A stretch of 64,000 nucleotides of DNA. It comes from Chitinophagaceae bacterium. GTDB lineage: Bacteria; Bacteroidota; Bacteroidia; Chitinophagales; Chitinophagaceae. Position 1 is the stretch's first letter. Each line of letters begins with the position of its first letter. The translations under genes and the position numbers were made by a program. The notes under the pieces are model-generated. The model was not told where the DNA came from. It saw only the letters and a list, made by a program, of their open reading frames with translations, and did no database searches. The DNA lies in NCBI GenBank assembly GCA_041392835.1, contig JAWKLF010000003.1, forward strand, positions 185,786 through 249,785, in the 5' to 3' direction. Of this stretch, positions 18,786 through 29,436 are shown in pieces.

Positions 18786-20762
18786 ATGAATTTTCAGCAA
18801 GGTCATGAAACGACTCAGGAATTAATTTCTATTTATAAAGAAATTTTATTACCTAGAATGATTGAAGAAAAAATGCTTATTTTACTACGTCAAGGTAAGA
18901 TAAGTAAATGGTTTAGTGGCATAGGTCAAGAAGCCATTGCTGTTGGTTGCACATGGGCTTTGGCTCCAGATGAATATATTATGCCCATGCATAGAAATTT
19001 AGGAGTTTTTACAGGTAGGCATATGCCTTTTGATAAATTATTCATGCAGTTTCAAGGAAGTTCTGAAGGCTATAGCAAAGGTAGAGAACGAAGCTTTCAT
19101 TTTGGTAGCAATGAACATCATATATGTGGTATGATATCGCATTTGGGTCCACAATTAGCTATTGCCGATGGCATAGCCTTGGCACATAAACTGAAAAAAG
19201 AACAAAAAGTGTCGTTGGCATTTACTGGCGATGGGGCTACTAGCGAGGGCGATTTTCATGAGGCACTCAATGTGGCAGCCGTGTGGCAATTGCCTGTTAT
19301 ATTTATTATAGAAAACAATGGTTATGGATTAAGCACACCTAATCATGAACAATTTATCTGTACACAATTAGCCGATAAAGGTATTGGTTATGGAATCAGA
19401 GCCGATGTGATAGATGGAAATAATATTTTGGAAGTTATAAGAAAAATTAAAGAGGCAAAGAGCTATTGCATCAATGAGCAAAAGCCCATCATTATAGAAT
19501 GCATGACTTTTAGAATGAGAGGTCATGAAGAAGCAAGCGGTGTAAAATATGTGCCCAAAGAGTTATTTGAAATTTGGGAAAAGAAAGATCCTGTTCGGAA
19601 CTATGAAGATTACTTAATTGAGCGTGGCATACTTTCTAGACATGAAATAGAAACGATTAAAGCTGAAATTAAGTCATATATCGAACAGTCAGTTCAAAAA
19701 GGATTAGCAGCTCCGGCTGTAGTACCAAATACAGTTTTTGAATTGTCTGAAGTATATAAACCACATCAACCTGAAATAAAAGCACCTAGTGCCAATACCA
19801 AGCCATTAAAATTTGTTCAGGCCATATCGGAGGCAATGCATGAAGCCATGCAAAAACACAACAATCTCATACTTATGGGACAAGATATAGCCGAATATGG
19901 CGGGGCCTTTAAAGTAACAGAAGGCTTTGTAGAAAAGTATGGAAAAGAGCGTGTGCGAAATACACCTTTGTGCGAAAGTGCTATAGTAGGCTCAGCACTG
20001 GGTCTTTCTATAAAAGGGTTTAAAAGCATGATGGAAATGCAATTTTCGGACTTTGTAACTGTTGGGTTTAATCAAATTGTCAATAATCTGGCTAAAATAT
20101 ATTACCGTTGGGGTCAGCATGCCGATGTAGTGATTCGCATGCCAACGGGTGGTGGCGTTGGTGCTGGTCCATTTCATTCACAAAGTACTGAGGCATGGTT
20201 TACACATACACCGGGTCTTAAGGTGGTGTATCCTTCTTCGCCCGAAGATGCCAAAGGGCTATTATTAGCTTCGTTCGATGATCCCAATCCTATTATGTTT
20301 TTTGAGCATAAGGCTTTATATAGAAGCATACAGAGCGAAGTGCCAGAGGGCTATTACCTTACAGAAATAGGCAAAGCAAATTGGATACAAAAAGGAGAAG
20401 ATATTTCTATTATTACCTATGGTATGGGTGTGCATTGGGCCAAAGAGTACGCCATACAGCATCCTGAAATTTCTATTGGAATTTTAGATTTACGAACACT
20501 GATACCTTTGGACTATGATGTATTAATAGAGGCTACAATGCAAACAGGTAGAGTCCTGATATTGCATGAGGATACTTATTTTGGAGGCATAGGCGGAGAA
20601 ATTGCGGCATGGATACAAGAAAATGTTTTTCAGCATTTAGATGCGCCAATTGTAAGATGTGCAAGTTTGGATACGCCGGTTCCTTTTGCTATACCACTCG
20701 AAGAAAATTTTATGGCCAAAACAAGATTGCACGAAAGGGTTCAAATGCTCATTAATTACTAA
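18786..20762 (+). CDS. fused 2-oxoacid dehydrogenase E1 component, alpha+beta subunits (TPP-dependent)
   Basis: ORF trimmed to ATG 18786. The alpha part has the TPP motif (GDGATSEGDFHEALN...IENNGYG). The beta part has transketolase-like pyrimidine-binding and C-terminal domains. Confidence 0.85.
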   Translation: MNFQQGHETTQELISIYKEILLPRMIEEKMLILLRQGKISKWFSGIGQEAIAVGCTWALAPDEYIMPMHRNLGVFTGRHMPFDKLFMQFQGSSEGYSKGRERSFHFGSNEHHICGMISHLGPQLAIADGIALAHKLKKEQKVSLAFTGDGATSEGDFHEALNVAAVWQLPVIFIIENNGYGLSTPNHEQFICTQLADKGIGYGIRADVIDGNNILEVIRKIKEAKSYCINEQKPIIIECMTFRMRGHEEASGVKYVPKELFEIWEKKDPVRNYEDYLIERGILSRHEIETIKAEIKSYIEQSVQKGLAAPAVVPNTVFELSEVYKPHQPEIKAPSANTKPLKFVQAISEAMHEAMQKHNNLILMGQDIAEYGGAFKVTEGFVEKYGKERVRNTPLCESAIVGSALGLSIKGFKSMMEMQFSDFVTVGFNQIVNNLAKIYYRWGQHADVVIRMPTGGGVGAGPFHSQSTEAWFTHTPGLKVVYPSSPEDAKGLLLASFDDPNPIMFFEHKALYRSIQSEVPEGYYLTEIGKANWIQKGEDISIITYGMGVHWAKEYAIQHPEISIGILDLRTLIPLDYDVLIEATMQTGRVLILHEDTYFGGIGGEIAAWIQENVFQHLDAPIVRCASLDTPVPFAIPLEENFMAKTRLHERVQMLINY

Positions 20763-20801
20763 GAACTGAATTGTAAATTATCTATATTTGTTCCTTAAAA
20801 T

Positions 20802-22490
20802 ATGTATATGAAACTAAAATTAACTTTTACTACCCTACTTTTATTCTTCTTATATTCAAACCTTTTTTCGCAAGGCAATCCAGTAAAGATGACTACAGGA
20901 ATGGGCTTAGGAACAAATGCAAGTGGGAGTGCTAAGAAAAAATCTAGTTTGGCTGCTCTGAGAGAAATGCCTTTTAAGTCAGAGTTTGAGAACATTACAG
21001 TTCCAGGGAAAGGGATTTTCAATTTTAAAATTGAACATACACCAAAAGGTCAACTCAAAAAAATGACAGTTCAACAATATTCAGAAGATTTAAAAAGAAT
21101 AGCCAATAAAACATACAATTTTAGTCCCAAGGTCAATGCTTTATTTAACATAAATTCAATTATTGTTTTAAAAGATAATTTATATTTTCTTATGCGAGAA
21201 ACCGATAGAAGTGAGCATAAAGAAAAATTAAAGTGGATTAAATTTGATTACGAAACGTTTGAATTTGAAAAAACAGAACATGAATTATTTCAATCAGAAG
21301 GAAAAGTGGCAAGCTCAGACCCGTCGGGAATGTGGGGAGTAAGTACTGATTATTATCAGCTTGAATTTTCAGAAGATAGTACCAAACTATTAGCTTGGTA
21401 CGAAAGAGTACCTGAAAAGAAAAATAATAAAATCAATAAAGCTATTATAGGATTACATGTGTTTGATGAAAATTTACAAAAAATTTGGGGTGGAGAATAT
21501 GAAATGCCTTATACCGAATCTATAATGAAAGAATCGAGTTACTTTTTGAGCAACAAAGGGAATGCTTATCTTATGGCTAAAATTAAAGATGGTAATAAAG
21601 GTATATTTTCTAAAGATGCCAATTGGAAAGTTAATTATTACTTTGAGGTTTTAAAATTTGATAAAAATTCCAAATCACCCAAAACAATGGAAGTTCCTTT
21701 AGGTGAAGGCAAGGCCATAGACGCTTATATTAATGAGAATAAATATGGTAAGATTCAAATGGCTGGCACTTATACTAAGAAACGTGAATTAAATGTTGAG
21801 GGGGTGTATCTTCTAGAATTGAATGAAACTGAAGAAAAATTTACGCCATATGGCAAAAATGGACTTTTTGAAATCCCAGATAATATTTTTTTAGAATATA
21901 GTAGTAAAAGTGAAAAGAGAAAAATTAAAAGGAAAATGGCATAAGGTAAAGATGTAAACTCAAAATCTTTGGTGCTAAATAGAATTATTCCTTTTGATAA
22001 TAATGATGTATTATTACTGGCAGAATACTATTTTGTTCATGTTGAAACAACAACGAGTAGAAATTCTATTATAAGTCATAGTACTTGGTATTATAATGCT
22101 GAAAATATTTATGCTTTTTTTGTCAGCCCAAATGGAGATTGTAAAATAAAAGTCGTTGAGAAAAAGCAACATTCTACTAATAATGATGGTGTAAATCTTT
22201 CCTACAATACTGTATGGGATAAGGATAATGTATATGTATTGTATGTTGATAATATTAAAAACAAGAAAGGCGGAAAGAAAAAATATAACTACGATAATAG
22301 GAATAAAGGAGTGTTAGCTTGTGTTAAGCTAAATAAAAATGAAGATGTAAAGAAATTTTATATGAATGATTTAAGTGAGTACAATCAAGATTTTTACCTT
22401 AGAAAATTTCGCCGTTTTAATGAGAAAGTTGTTATTGGTATAGCCTATAAAAATCGAAAGCAGCAGTTAGTAAAAATTGCCATCAATTAA
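20802..22490 (+). pseudogene. secreted hypothetical protein interrupted by a single in-frame TAA (ORFs 20802..21944 and 21969..22490)
   Basis: Both ORFs are in the same frame (21969-20802 is divisible by 3). Only the TAA at 21942-21944 separates them: ...RKIKRKMA*GKDVNSKSLVLNRIIPF.... Signal peptide at the N-terminus. Confidence 0.5.
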
Positions 22491-22639
22491 AACAAACGTA
22501 TTCTAAATTATAGTTCAATTTTTTTCATTCCTAAACTTTATTTTTTAGGCTGATTTAAATTTATCGTATCTCTTTTTATCGGTACATATTCTTTCTATTC
22601 CAAAATATGCTATACATTAGCTTTAAAATACATTAATAC

Positions 22640-24301
22640 ATGGATACAAATCAAAAAGCTATTCCAACCAATTATGGTGCCTTAGGCACATTGGTAACTG
22701 TTTTTTTCTTTTGGGGGTTTATTGCAGCAGGCAATGGTGTTTTTATTCCTTTTTGTAAACACTATTTCAACTTAGATCAATTTCAGTCGCAGCTTATTGA
22801 CTTTGCCTTTTACTTGGCCTATTATCTAGGCGCACTCCTTTTATTTTTTTATGCCAATTTTAAACAAAATGATTTGGTAGCCAAGTGGGGTTACAAAAAA
22901 AGTATAGTTTATGGTTTATTGTTTTCGGCTTTAGGAGCTATAGCTATGATATTGGCAGTCAATGGAAATACATTTCCAGGTATGTTGGTAGGATTATTTA
23001 TAGTTGCTCTTGGTTTTTCGTTGCAACAAACTGCTGCCAACCCCTTTGCTTTAAGCCTTGGGGACCCCGCTACTGGAAGCAATAGAATCAACCTAGGAGG
23101 AAGTATAAATTCTTTTGGTACATCCATCGGCCCTATCATAGTGGCCTTGGCACTATTCGGTGTTACCAAAGCTACCGATGACCAAATTAATAGTTTAAAA
23201 CTAGATAAAGTATCTATATTATATGGTTTTGTTTGCGCTTTGTTTATAGGTGCCGCGGCATTATTTTATTTTTCAAAAAAAGTGCCTACTGGCATTAGCC
23301 TCGAAAAAACCGAAAAAGCCAATAAAGCATTGATCGCTTTGAGTGTCATGACCTTATTATTAGTCATAGTATATATACCAATATTTAATAGTTATACCAT
23401 TTCAAATGCCGATGAAGCAGCTACCAAAGCTATAGAGCTTACTCGTATGAAATGGTTGCTTGGAGGTTTACTTATCATAGTATCTACTTTACTTATTTCA
23501 TATATCAGTGCCAAAAAGAATAACGAAGGGTGGGGTGCCATGCGATACCCTCAATTGGTGCTGGGTATGCTGGCCATATTTGTCTATGTAGGTGTAGAGG
23601 TGGCAATAGGAAGCAATCTTAGTGAATTATTAAAACAACCTCAATTTGGAAGTATTGATGCTTCTGCTGCGGCACCATATGTATCTATGTATTGGGGAAG
23701 CCTTATGATAGGTCGTTGGGCAGGTGCTATCAACGTGTTTAAACCATCTAAGAGCTTGAAAAATATTTTACTATTTATAGTGCCTGTTATTGCATTTGGT
23801 GTAGTCATTTTTGTAAATGCAATAGCCCAAAACGATATGAGTGGTTGTTATTGGTATATTATATGTGTATTCGTGTTAGTATTGGCTTTTTATATTACCA
23901 ACGATAAACCAGCCAAAACACTTTTGGTCTTTAGTATATTAGGTGCCATAGCCATGTGTATAGGCATATTTACCGAAGGCACTATAGCCACCTATGCATT
24001 TTTGAGTGGGGGTTTATTTTGCAGTGTCATGTGGCCTTGTATTTTTTCTTTGGCTACAGCAGGATTAGGAAAGTATACTACGCAAGGCTCAGCCTTTTTA
24101 ATCATGATGATTTTGGGTGGTGCTATCATACCTCCTATACAAGGAAAACTGGCCGATTTGTTACAAGCTGGTAATGCTGAGATTGGAAGTGGAATACACA
24201 ATTCTTATTGGATAGCTGTAATTTGCTTTATTTATTTAGCACTATTTGCATATGTTGTAAAAGGTATTTTACATAAGCAAGGCATAGACTACGACGCTTA
24301 G
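22640..24301 (+). CDS. MFS sugar transporter (FucP/GluP-like)
   Basis: 553 aa, about 12 TM helices. N-terminal region [23 protein letters not shown] resembles fucose/glucose-galactose permeases. Confidence 0.75.
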   Translation: MDTNQKAIPTNYGALGTLVTVFFFWGFIAAGNGVFIPFCKHYFNLDQFQSQLIDFAFYLAYYLGALLLFFYANFKQNDLVAKWGYKKSIVYGLLFSALGAIAMILAVNGNTFPGMLVGLFIVALGFSLQQTAANPFALSLGDPATGSNRINLGGSINSFGTSIGPIIVALALFGVTKATDDQINSLKLDKVSILYGFVCALFIGAAALFYFSKKVPTGISLEKTEKANKALIALSVMTLLLVIVYIPIFNSYTISNADEAATKAIELTRMKWLLGGLLIIVSTLLISYISAKKNNEGWGAMRYPQLVLGMLAIFVYVGVEVAIGSNLSELLKQPQFGSIDASAAAPYVSMYWGSLMIGRWAGAINVFKPSKSLKNILLFIVPVIAFGVVIFVNAIAQNDMSGCYWYIICVFVLVLAFYITNDKPAKTLLVFSILGAIAMCIGIFTEGTIATYAFLSGGLFCSVMWPCIFSLATAGLGKYTTQGSAFLIMMILGGAIIPPIQGKLADLLQAGNAEIGSGIHNSYWIAVICFIYLALFAYVVKGILHKQGIDYDA

Positions 24302-24336
24302 TTGTATCTTCGCACTTCAAATAAATTGTATATATT

Positions 24337-26238
24337 TTGCATTTAGCCTCTATCGAAAATATTTCAAAGTCATTTGGAGTAAGAACTCTTTTTAAAGACA
24401 TATCATTTCATATTTCCGAAGGAGATAAAATAGCCCTGATAGCTCGAAATGGATTTGGTAAATCTACCTTAATGAATATCATCAGAGGTGCTGACACAGC
24501 TGATAAAGGTGAGGTATGGATACACAAAGATTATAAAATTGTAACACTCAATCAGGAACAACATTTTGATGCCTCTAAATCCATTTGGGACACCATGTTG
24601 GCTATGGACAATGCTATAGTGCAAGTAGTTAAAAAATATGAAACCTTTATCAAGCAAGAAGATCAGGATGAGCATATACTACAAGATTTATTGACACAGA
24701 TGGATGAACTAAATGCTTGGAATTTTGAAAGTAAATTTTCGCAAATACTTTCAAAGCTAAATATTCATCATGTAGAGCAAAAAGTAGGCTCATTGAGTGG
24801 TGGTCAAAAAAAACGTGTAGCACTTGCTCAAGCACTTATTGAGGCTGATATTTATGCTGGCCAATGTATTTTATTATTAGATGAACCAACCAATCATTTG
24901 GATGTAGAAATGATTGAATGGTTGGAGGATTATTTATCCTCACAGCGTATTACCTTACTCATGGTAACGCATGACCGATATTTTTTAGACGAAGTTTGTA
25001 ATACCATATTAGAAATAGAAGATGAGAAAGTGTATACACACAAAGGCAACTATGCATACTACTTAGCACAAAAAGCTCATCGGATAGAAGTAGCTGCAAG
25101 CGAGTTGCAAAAAGATAAAAACATATTTAGAAAAGAACTTGAATGGATACGAAAACAACCTAAAGCTCGTACTACAAAATCCAAATCGAGACAAGATGCA
25201 TTTGAAGAAATAGAAGAAAGAGTTTCGCAAAAAAAAGAAGATACAGATGTGCAATTGCAAGTTAAGATGACTCGGCTTGGTGGAAAGATTTTGGAAATGA
25301 AAAAGGTGTATAAGCAATACGAAAATCTTGTATTGCTAAAAGGATTTGATTATACCTTTAAAAAAGGCGAACGCATTGGTATAGTTGGCAAAAATGGTGT
25401 AGGTAAAAGTACTTTTATTAATATTGCTATGCAAAAAACGGAGCCAGATAGTGGTAAAATTAATCATGGAGATACAGTTGTATTTGGCTATTTTTCGCAA
25501 GAAGGTCTACAGTTTAAAGAAGATAAGAGAGTTATAGAATGGGTTAAAGATATAGCTGAATTTTTTCCACTTGCCGATGGTACTAAGTTAGGAGCTTCAA
25601 AGTTTTTAGAACGTTTTGCTTTTTCGCCCGAACAGCAATATACCTATTTGAGTTTGCTTAGTGGAGGCGAAAAAAGAAGACTTCAGCTTTTAGGAATATT
25701 ATTTAAAAATCCAAATTTTTTAGTTTTGGATGAGCCCACTAATGATTTGGATTTACAGACCTTACAAATTTTAGAAAGTTTCCTATATGAATATCAGGGA
25801 TGTATATTATTAGTAAGTCACGATCGGTATTTTATGGATAAGTTAGTTGATCATTTGTTTGTTTTTGAAGGCAATGGCAATATTCAGGATTTTCCTGGAA
25901 ATTATACGCAATATCGTATAGCTCAGCTCAATGAGCAGGCACAAAACAAGGATAAAGAAGAGCAAAAACAAAAATTGGATACACCGCAGACTGAAAAGAA
26001 AAAGGAACTTACTAAAGAAGCCAAATTAACATTTAATGAGAAACGTGAAATGGAGCTCTTGGAAAAAGAAATACCCCTTTTAGAGGATGAACGAAAACGC
26101 AACGAAACTATACTAATGGACGCTCATGCTACGTATGAAACAATACAACAAGCAAGCCAAGAAATAGCAACTCTAATAGCCAAGATTGAAGAAAAGGAAT
26201 TAAGATGGTTGGAACTTAGTGAGAAAGTGAGTATATAG
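24337..26238 (+). CDS. ABC-F family ATPase
   Basis: 633 aa, no TM segments. Two ABC cassettes (GFGKST / LSGGQKKR and GVGKST / LSGGEKRR) and a K/E-rich C-terminal coiled coil. TTG start. Confidence 0.9.
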   Translation: MHLASIENISKSFGVRTLFKDISFHISEGDKIALIARNGFGKSTLMNIIRGADTADKGEVWIHKDYKIVTLNQEQHFDASKSIWDTMLAMDNAIVQVVKKYETFIKQEDQDEHILQDLLTQMDELNAWNFESKFSQILSKLNIHHVEQKVGSLSGGQKKRVALAQALIEADIYAGQCILLLDEPTNHLDVEMIEWLEDYLSSQRITLLMVTHDRYFLDEVCNTILEIEDEKVYTHKGNYAYYLAQKAHRIEVAASELQKDKNIFRKELEWIRKQPKARTTKSKSRQDAFEEIEERVSQKKEDTDVQLQVKMTRLGGKILEMKKVYKQYENLVLLKGFDYTFKKGERIGIVGKNGVGKSTFINIAMQKTEPDSGKINHGDTVVFGYFSQEGLQFKEDKRVIEWVKDIAEFFPLADGTKLGASKFLERFAFSPEQQYTYLSLLSGGEKRRLQLLGILFKNPNFLVLDEPTNDLDLQTLQILESFLYEYQGCILLVSHDRYFMDKLVDHLFVFEGNGNIQDFPGNYTQYRIAQLNEQAQNKDKEEQKQKLDTPQTEKKKELTKEAKLTFNEKREMELLEKEIPLLEDERKRNETILMDAHATYETIQQASQEIATLIAKIEEKELRWLELSEKVSI

Positions 26239-26297
26239 TGGATTACTATTTTTATATTTTTCCTAAATATGTCTAAACCATATTTAGCTTTACAGCT

Positions 26298-27092
26298 ATG
26301 CAACAGTATTTACATTTACTTCAACATATTTTAGATAATGGCATTCAAAAAAATGATAGGACAGGCACAGGCACGATAAGTACTTTTGGTTATCAGATGC
26401 GATTTAACTTGCAAGATGGATTTCCAATGGTGACTACTAAAAAATTGCATTTAAAATCTATTATTTATGAATTGCTATGGTTTATTAAAGGCGATACAAA
26501 TATTCACTATTTAAATGAGCACGGAGTAAAAATTTGGGATGAGTGGGCCGACCCCAATGGAAATCTGGGACCCGTTTATGGAAAGCAGTGGCGAGCATGG
26601 CAAGGTGCTAATGGAAAAACCTATGATCAGTTGATGGATGTTATCCATCAATTGAAAACAAATCCCGATAGTAGACGCATGATAATAAGTGCTTGGAATG
26701 TAGGCGATTTACAAGATATGGCTCTCATGCCATGCCATACCATGTTTCAATTTTATGTTGCAAATAATACCTTAAGCTGTCAACTGTATCAGCGAAGTGC
26801 TGATGTTTTCTTGGGAGTACCATTTAATATTGCGTCCTATGCACTACTAACTATGATGATAGCACAGGTATGCAATTTAGAACCTGGCGAGTTTGTGCAT
26901 TCGTTTGGCGATGTTCATATTTATACCAATCACTTAGAACAAGTAAAACTACAATTATCAAGAGAGCCTTTTACATTGCCTACTATAAAAATAAATAAAG
27001 CTGTTCAATATATTGATGAGTTTGTATTTGAAGATTTTACCTTAGAAAACTACCAATCGCATCCACATATCAAAGGAGAAGTAGCCGTGTAG
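26298..27092 (+). CDS. thyA: thymidylate synthase
   Basis: 264 aa. [24 protein letters not shown] and active-site LMPCH. Confidence 0.95.
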   Translation: MQQYLHLLQHILDNGIQKNDRTGTGTISTFGYQMRFNLQDGFPMVTTKKLHLKSIIYELLWFIKGDTNIHYLNEHGVKIWDEWADPNGNLGPVYGKQWRAWQGANGKTYDQLMDVIHQLKTNPDSRRMIISAWNVGDLQDMALMPCHTMFQFYVANNTLSCQLYQRSADVFLGVPFNIASYALLTMMIAQVCNLEPGEFVHSFGDVHIYTNHLEQVKLQLSREPFTLPTIKINKAVQYIDEFVFEDFTLENYQSHPHIKGEVAV

Positions 27093-27138
27093 ATTTAGTT
27101 TGGATGTTTGTATTATTCAAATTCATTATATTTACAAT

Positions 27139-27891
27139 ATGAGAGTGATTATTATAGATGATGAACATGCAAGTACACAGGTAATGGAAAAGCTTTTGAC
27201 AGAGTATTTTCCTGAATTAGAAATCATATCTATTTGTCATACTTTTCAAACCGCTGTTGACAGTATTAAATTACTATCACCCGACTTACTTTTTTTGGAT
27301 ATAGAACTCCCAAGTGGCACTGGTTTTGATATTTTAGAACAAATTGAAAATAAAAACTTAAACGTTATTTTTACTACTGCACATTCTCAGTATGGAATAA
27401 AAGCTATACAGTATAGTGCTGTAGACTATTTGCTAAAACCAATAGATATTGATGAATTGGTTTCGGCGGTAACTCGTGTAAAAAGGCTACATAAAAACGA
27501 TGATGCCTTACAACGAATAAAATTGTTGTTGGAAAACATTCAACATATAAATGAAAACCAACCCGTAAAGAAAATTGCTCTTCCTACTTTTGATGGTATT
27601 ATATTTTTAAACCCAGAAGATATTGTTCGCTGCATGTCGTCTAACAATTATACCTATGTATATCAGAAGCAAAATAAAGAACTCTTGGTTTCAAAAACTT
27701 TAAAAGAAATAGAAAGCATCTTATCGACTTCTAATTTTTATCGAGTGCATAATTCGCATTTAGTCAATCTAAATTATGTATCTAAAATACAAAAAGGTAC
27801 ATCGCCCATGATAATCATGTCGGATAACACCCAAGTAGAAGTTAGTAGAAGAAAAAAAGATGAATTGTTTACTAAATTAAATTTACAATAA
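27139..27891 (+). CDS. LytR/AlgR-family response regulator (REC + LytTR)
   Basis: ORF trimmed to ATG 27139 (MRVIIIDDE...). Receiver Asp in LLFLDIELP. C-terminal LytTR domain (FYRVHNSHLVNLNYV). Confidence 0.85.
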   Translation: MRVIIIDDEHASTQVMEKLLTEYFPELEIISICHTFQTAVDSIKLLSPDLLFLDIELPSGTGFDILEQIENKNLNVIFTTAHSQYGIKAIQYSAVDYLLKPIDIDELVSAVTRVKRLHKNDDALQRIKLLLENIQHINENQPVKKIALPTFDGIIFLNPEDIVRCMSSNNYTYVYQKQNKELLVSKTLKEIESILSTSNFYRVHNSHLVNLNYVSKIQKGTSPMIIMSDNTQVEVSRRKKDELFTKLNLQ

Positions 27892-27893
27892 AC

Positions 27894-28523
27894 ATGATAA
27901 AATCTATTCAAACATTTGTATTGCTTTTACTTTGTTTTGGTGCTAGTGCTCAGAAAATATTTTCTGAAGGTGTTATTAAGTACAATGTCTATATAAATGG
28001 CGAAAAAAAGCCTTCGGGGGTATATATCATTTGGGTTAAAAATGGAAATTTAAGAAGAGAATTATCCATGCAAAATGGCTATAGCAATGTGACCCTTTAC
28101 AATCATAAAGATGCTAAAACATATTCCTTAAATATTCACGCAGAAAATAAATATGTGCTGGCTCTGACAAAAGAAGAAATAGAAGAATCAAATAAGCAAT
28201 TTGAAAATGCTCAATATATTTTGATGGATAAGAAGTTAAAGATAGCCTCCTATAGTTGTGTTGGCAATCAAATTGTGTATCAGAATCAAGATACTATTGA
28301 AGTATTTTATACCGACGAAATGGTTTTGCAATATAAAAATATGAATGCAATGTTTCCTGAGATAAATGGTTTGCCTTTGATGTACGAGCTTAAAAAAAAT
28401 GCAACAATCACAATGTTATTCAAAGCAGATGTAATAGAAGAGAAACCATTAGAAGATTTATTATTCACTGTTCCTTCAGAATATAAAATAGTTAGCAAGA
28501 AGGAATTAAATGAAATAGAATAG
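27894..28523 (+). CDS. hypothetical secreted protein
   Basis: 209 aa, signal peptide MIKSIQTFVLLLLCFGASAQ. Starts 2 nt after the regulator stop. Confidence 0.55.
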   Translation: MIKSIQTFVLLLLCFGASAQKIFSEGVIKYNVYINGEKKPSGVYIIWVKNGNLRRELSMQNGYSNVTLYNHKDAKTYSLNIHAENKYVLALTKEEIEESNKQFENAQYILMDKKLKIASYSCVGNQIVYQNQDTIEVFYTDEMVLQYKNMNAMFPEINGLPLMYELKKNATITMLFKADVIEEKPLEDLLFTVPSEYKIVSKKELNEIE

Positions 28524-28524
28524 A

Positions 28525-29427
28525 TTAATTTCTTTTATACCTGGGGTGAAACGTATTTAATGTTTCTTTTAAATATTCTCTGTCTAAGTGTGTATAAATT
28601 TCGGTTGTGCTTATGCTTGCATGGCCCAGCATATCCTGCACTGCACGAAGATCAGCTCCGCCTTCTAATAAATGTGTAGCAAAGGAATGCCTAAGAGTAT
28701 GTGGATGTACATTTTTTTGAATGCCAGCTGTTTGACTCAATTTTTTAATAATATTAAAAATCATTACTCTCGAAAGCCTTTTTGCACGTTTATTTAAAAA
28801 AAGAATATCACTATTTGTGTCATCCGTTTTCATGCTTAATCTATAGGCATTTAGATAAATAGTTATGAAGTGCAAGGCACTATCACCAATTGGGATTAGT
28901 CGTTCTTTATTGCCTTTGCCAATTACACGTATAATTTCGTCTGTAAAAAGAATATTTGTGATTTTTAAATCTAATACTTCCGAAACACGTAGTCCACAAC
29001 TATACATAGTTTCTAAAATTGCTTTGTTTCGTGTACCTTCGGCAGTACTTACATCTATGCAATCAAGTATGTTTTGGATTTCGGTGTAGGAGAGTGTATC
29101 GGGTAGTTTTCTTATAGACTTAGGAGCTTGCAATAGTTCAGCTGGGTTTTTGCTTATTATGTCTTCTAAAAGCAAATATTTAAAGAATGCCTTGATTCCT
29201 GAAATAGTTCGAGCTTGAGAGTTGGCTTCCATGCCTAAATCATGAAGGTTTGTAATAAAGTTTTGTAATTCTTTTAGTGTTATTTTTTCTATTTTTAGTT
29301 CACTATTTTTTTGATTTAAAAATAGTAAGAGACTATTTACATCACGTATATACGCTTCAATAGAATGTTTGCTCAACGATTTTTCGAGTTGTAGAAAAAC
29401 TTTAAAAGACTTTACATAGTGGTGCAT
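28525..29427 (-). CDS. xerD: site-specific tyrosine recombinase XerD/XerC type
   Basis: 300 aa. GLRVSEVLDL, HTLRHSFATHLL and LGHASISTTEIYTH (R-H-R-Y catalytic set). Confidence 0.85.
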   Translation of the reverse strand: MHHYVKSFKVFLQLEKSLSKHSIEAYIRDVNSLLLFLNQKNSELKIEKITLKELQNFITNLHDLGMEANSQARTISGIKAFFKYLLLEDIISKNPAELLQAPKSIRKLPDTLSYTEIQNILDCIDVSTAEGTRNKAILETMYSCGLRVSEVLDLKITNILFTDEIIRVIGKGNKERLIPIGDSALHFITIYLNAYRLSMKTDDTNSDILFLNKRAKRLSRVMIFNIIKKLSQTAGIQKNVHPHTLRHSFATHLLEGGADLRAVQDMLGHASISTTEIYTHLDREYLKETLNTFHPRYKRN

Positions 29428-29436
29428 CTATTAAAA

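Noticed and set aside
5822-21944. Possibility that TAA is recoded as a sense codon, because two genes carry in-frame TAA (5822-5824 and 21942-21944).
   Set aside because: Some well-supported genes in the window terminate at TAA at the expected protein length, for example the thioredoxin-fold lipoprotein 35815..36249. The TonB gene also carries a frameshift. Ordinary pseudogenisation or sequencing error is far more likely.
9877-29427. tRNA-Leu and the xerD-type recombinase as boundaries of an integrated element or genomic island.
   Set aside because: They are about 19 kb apart with housekeeping genes between them (recG, thyA and others). The recombinase has the XerD chromosome-dimer-resolution look, and I saw no direct repeat of the tRNA 3' end.
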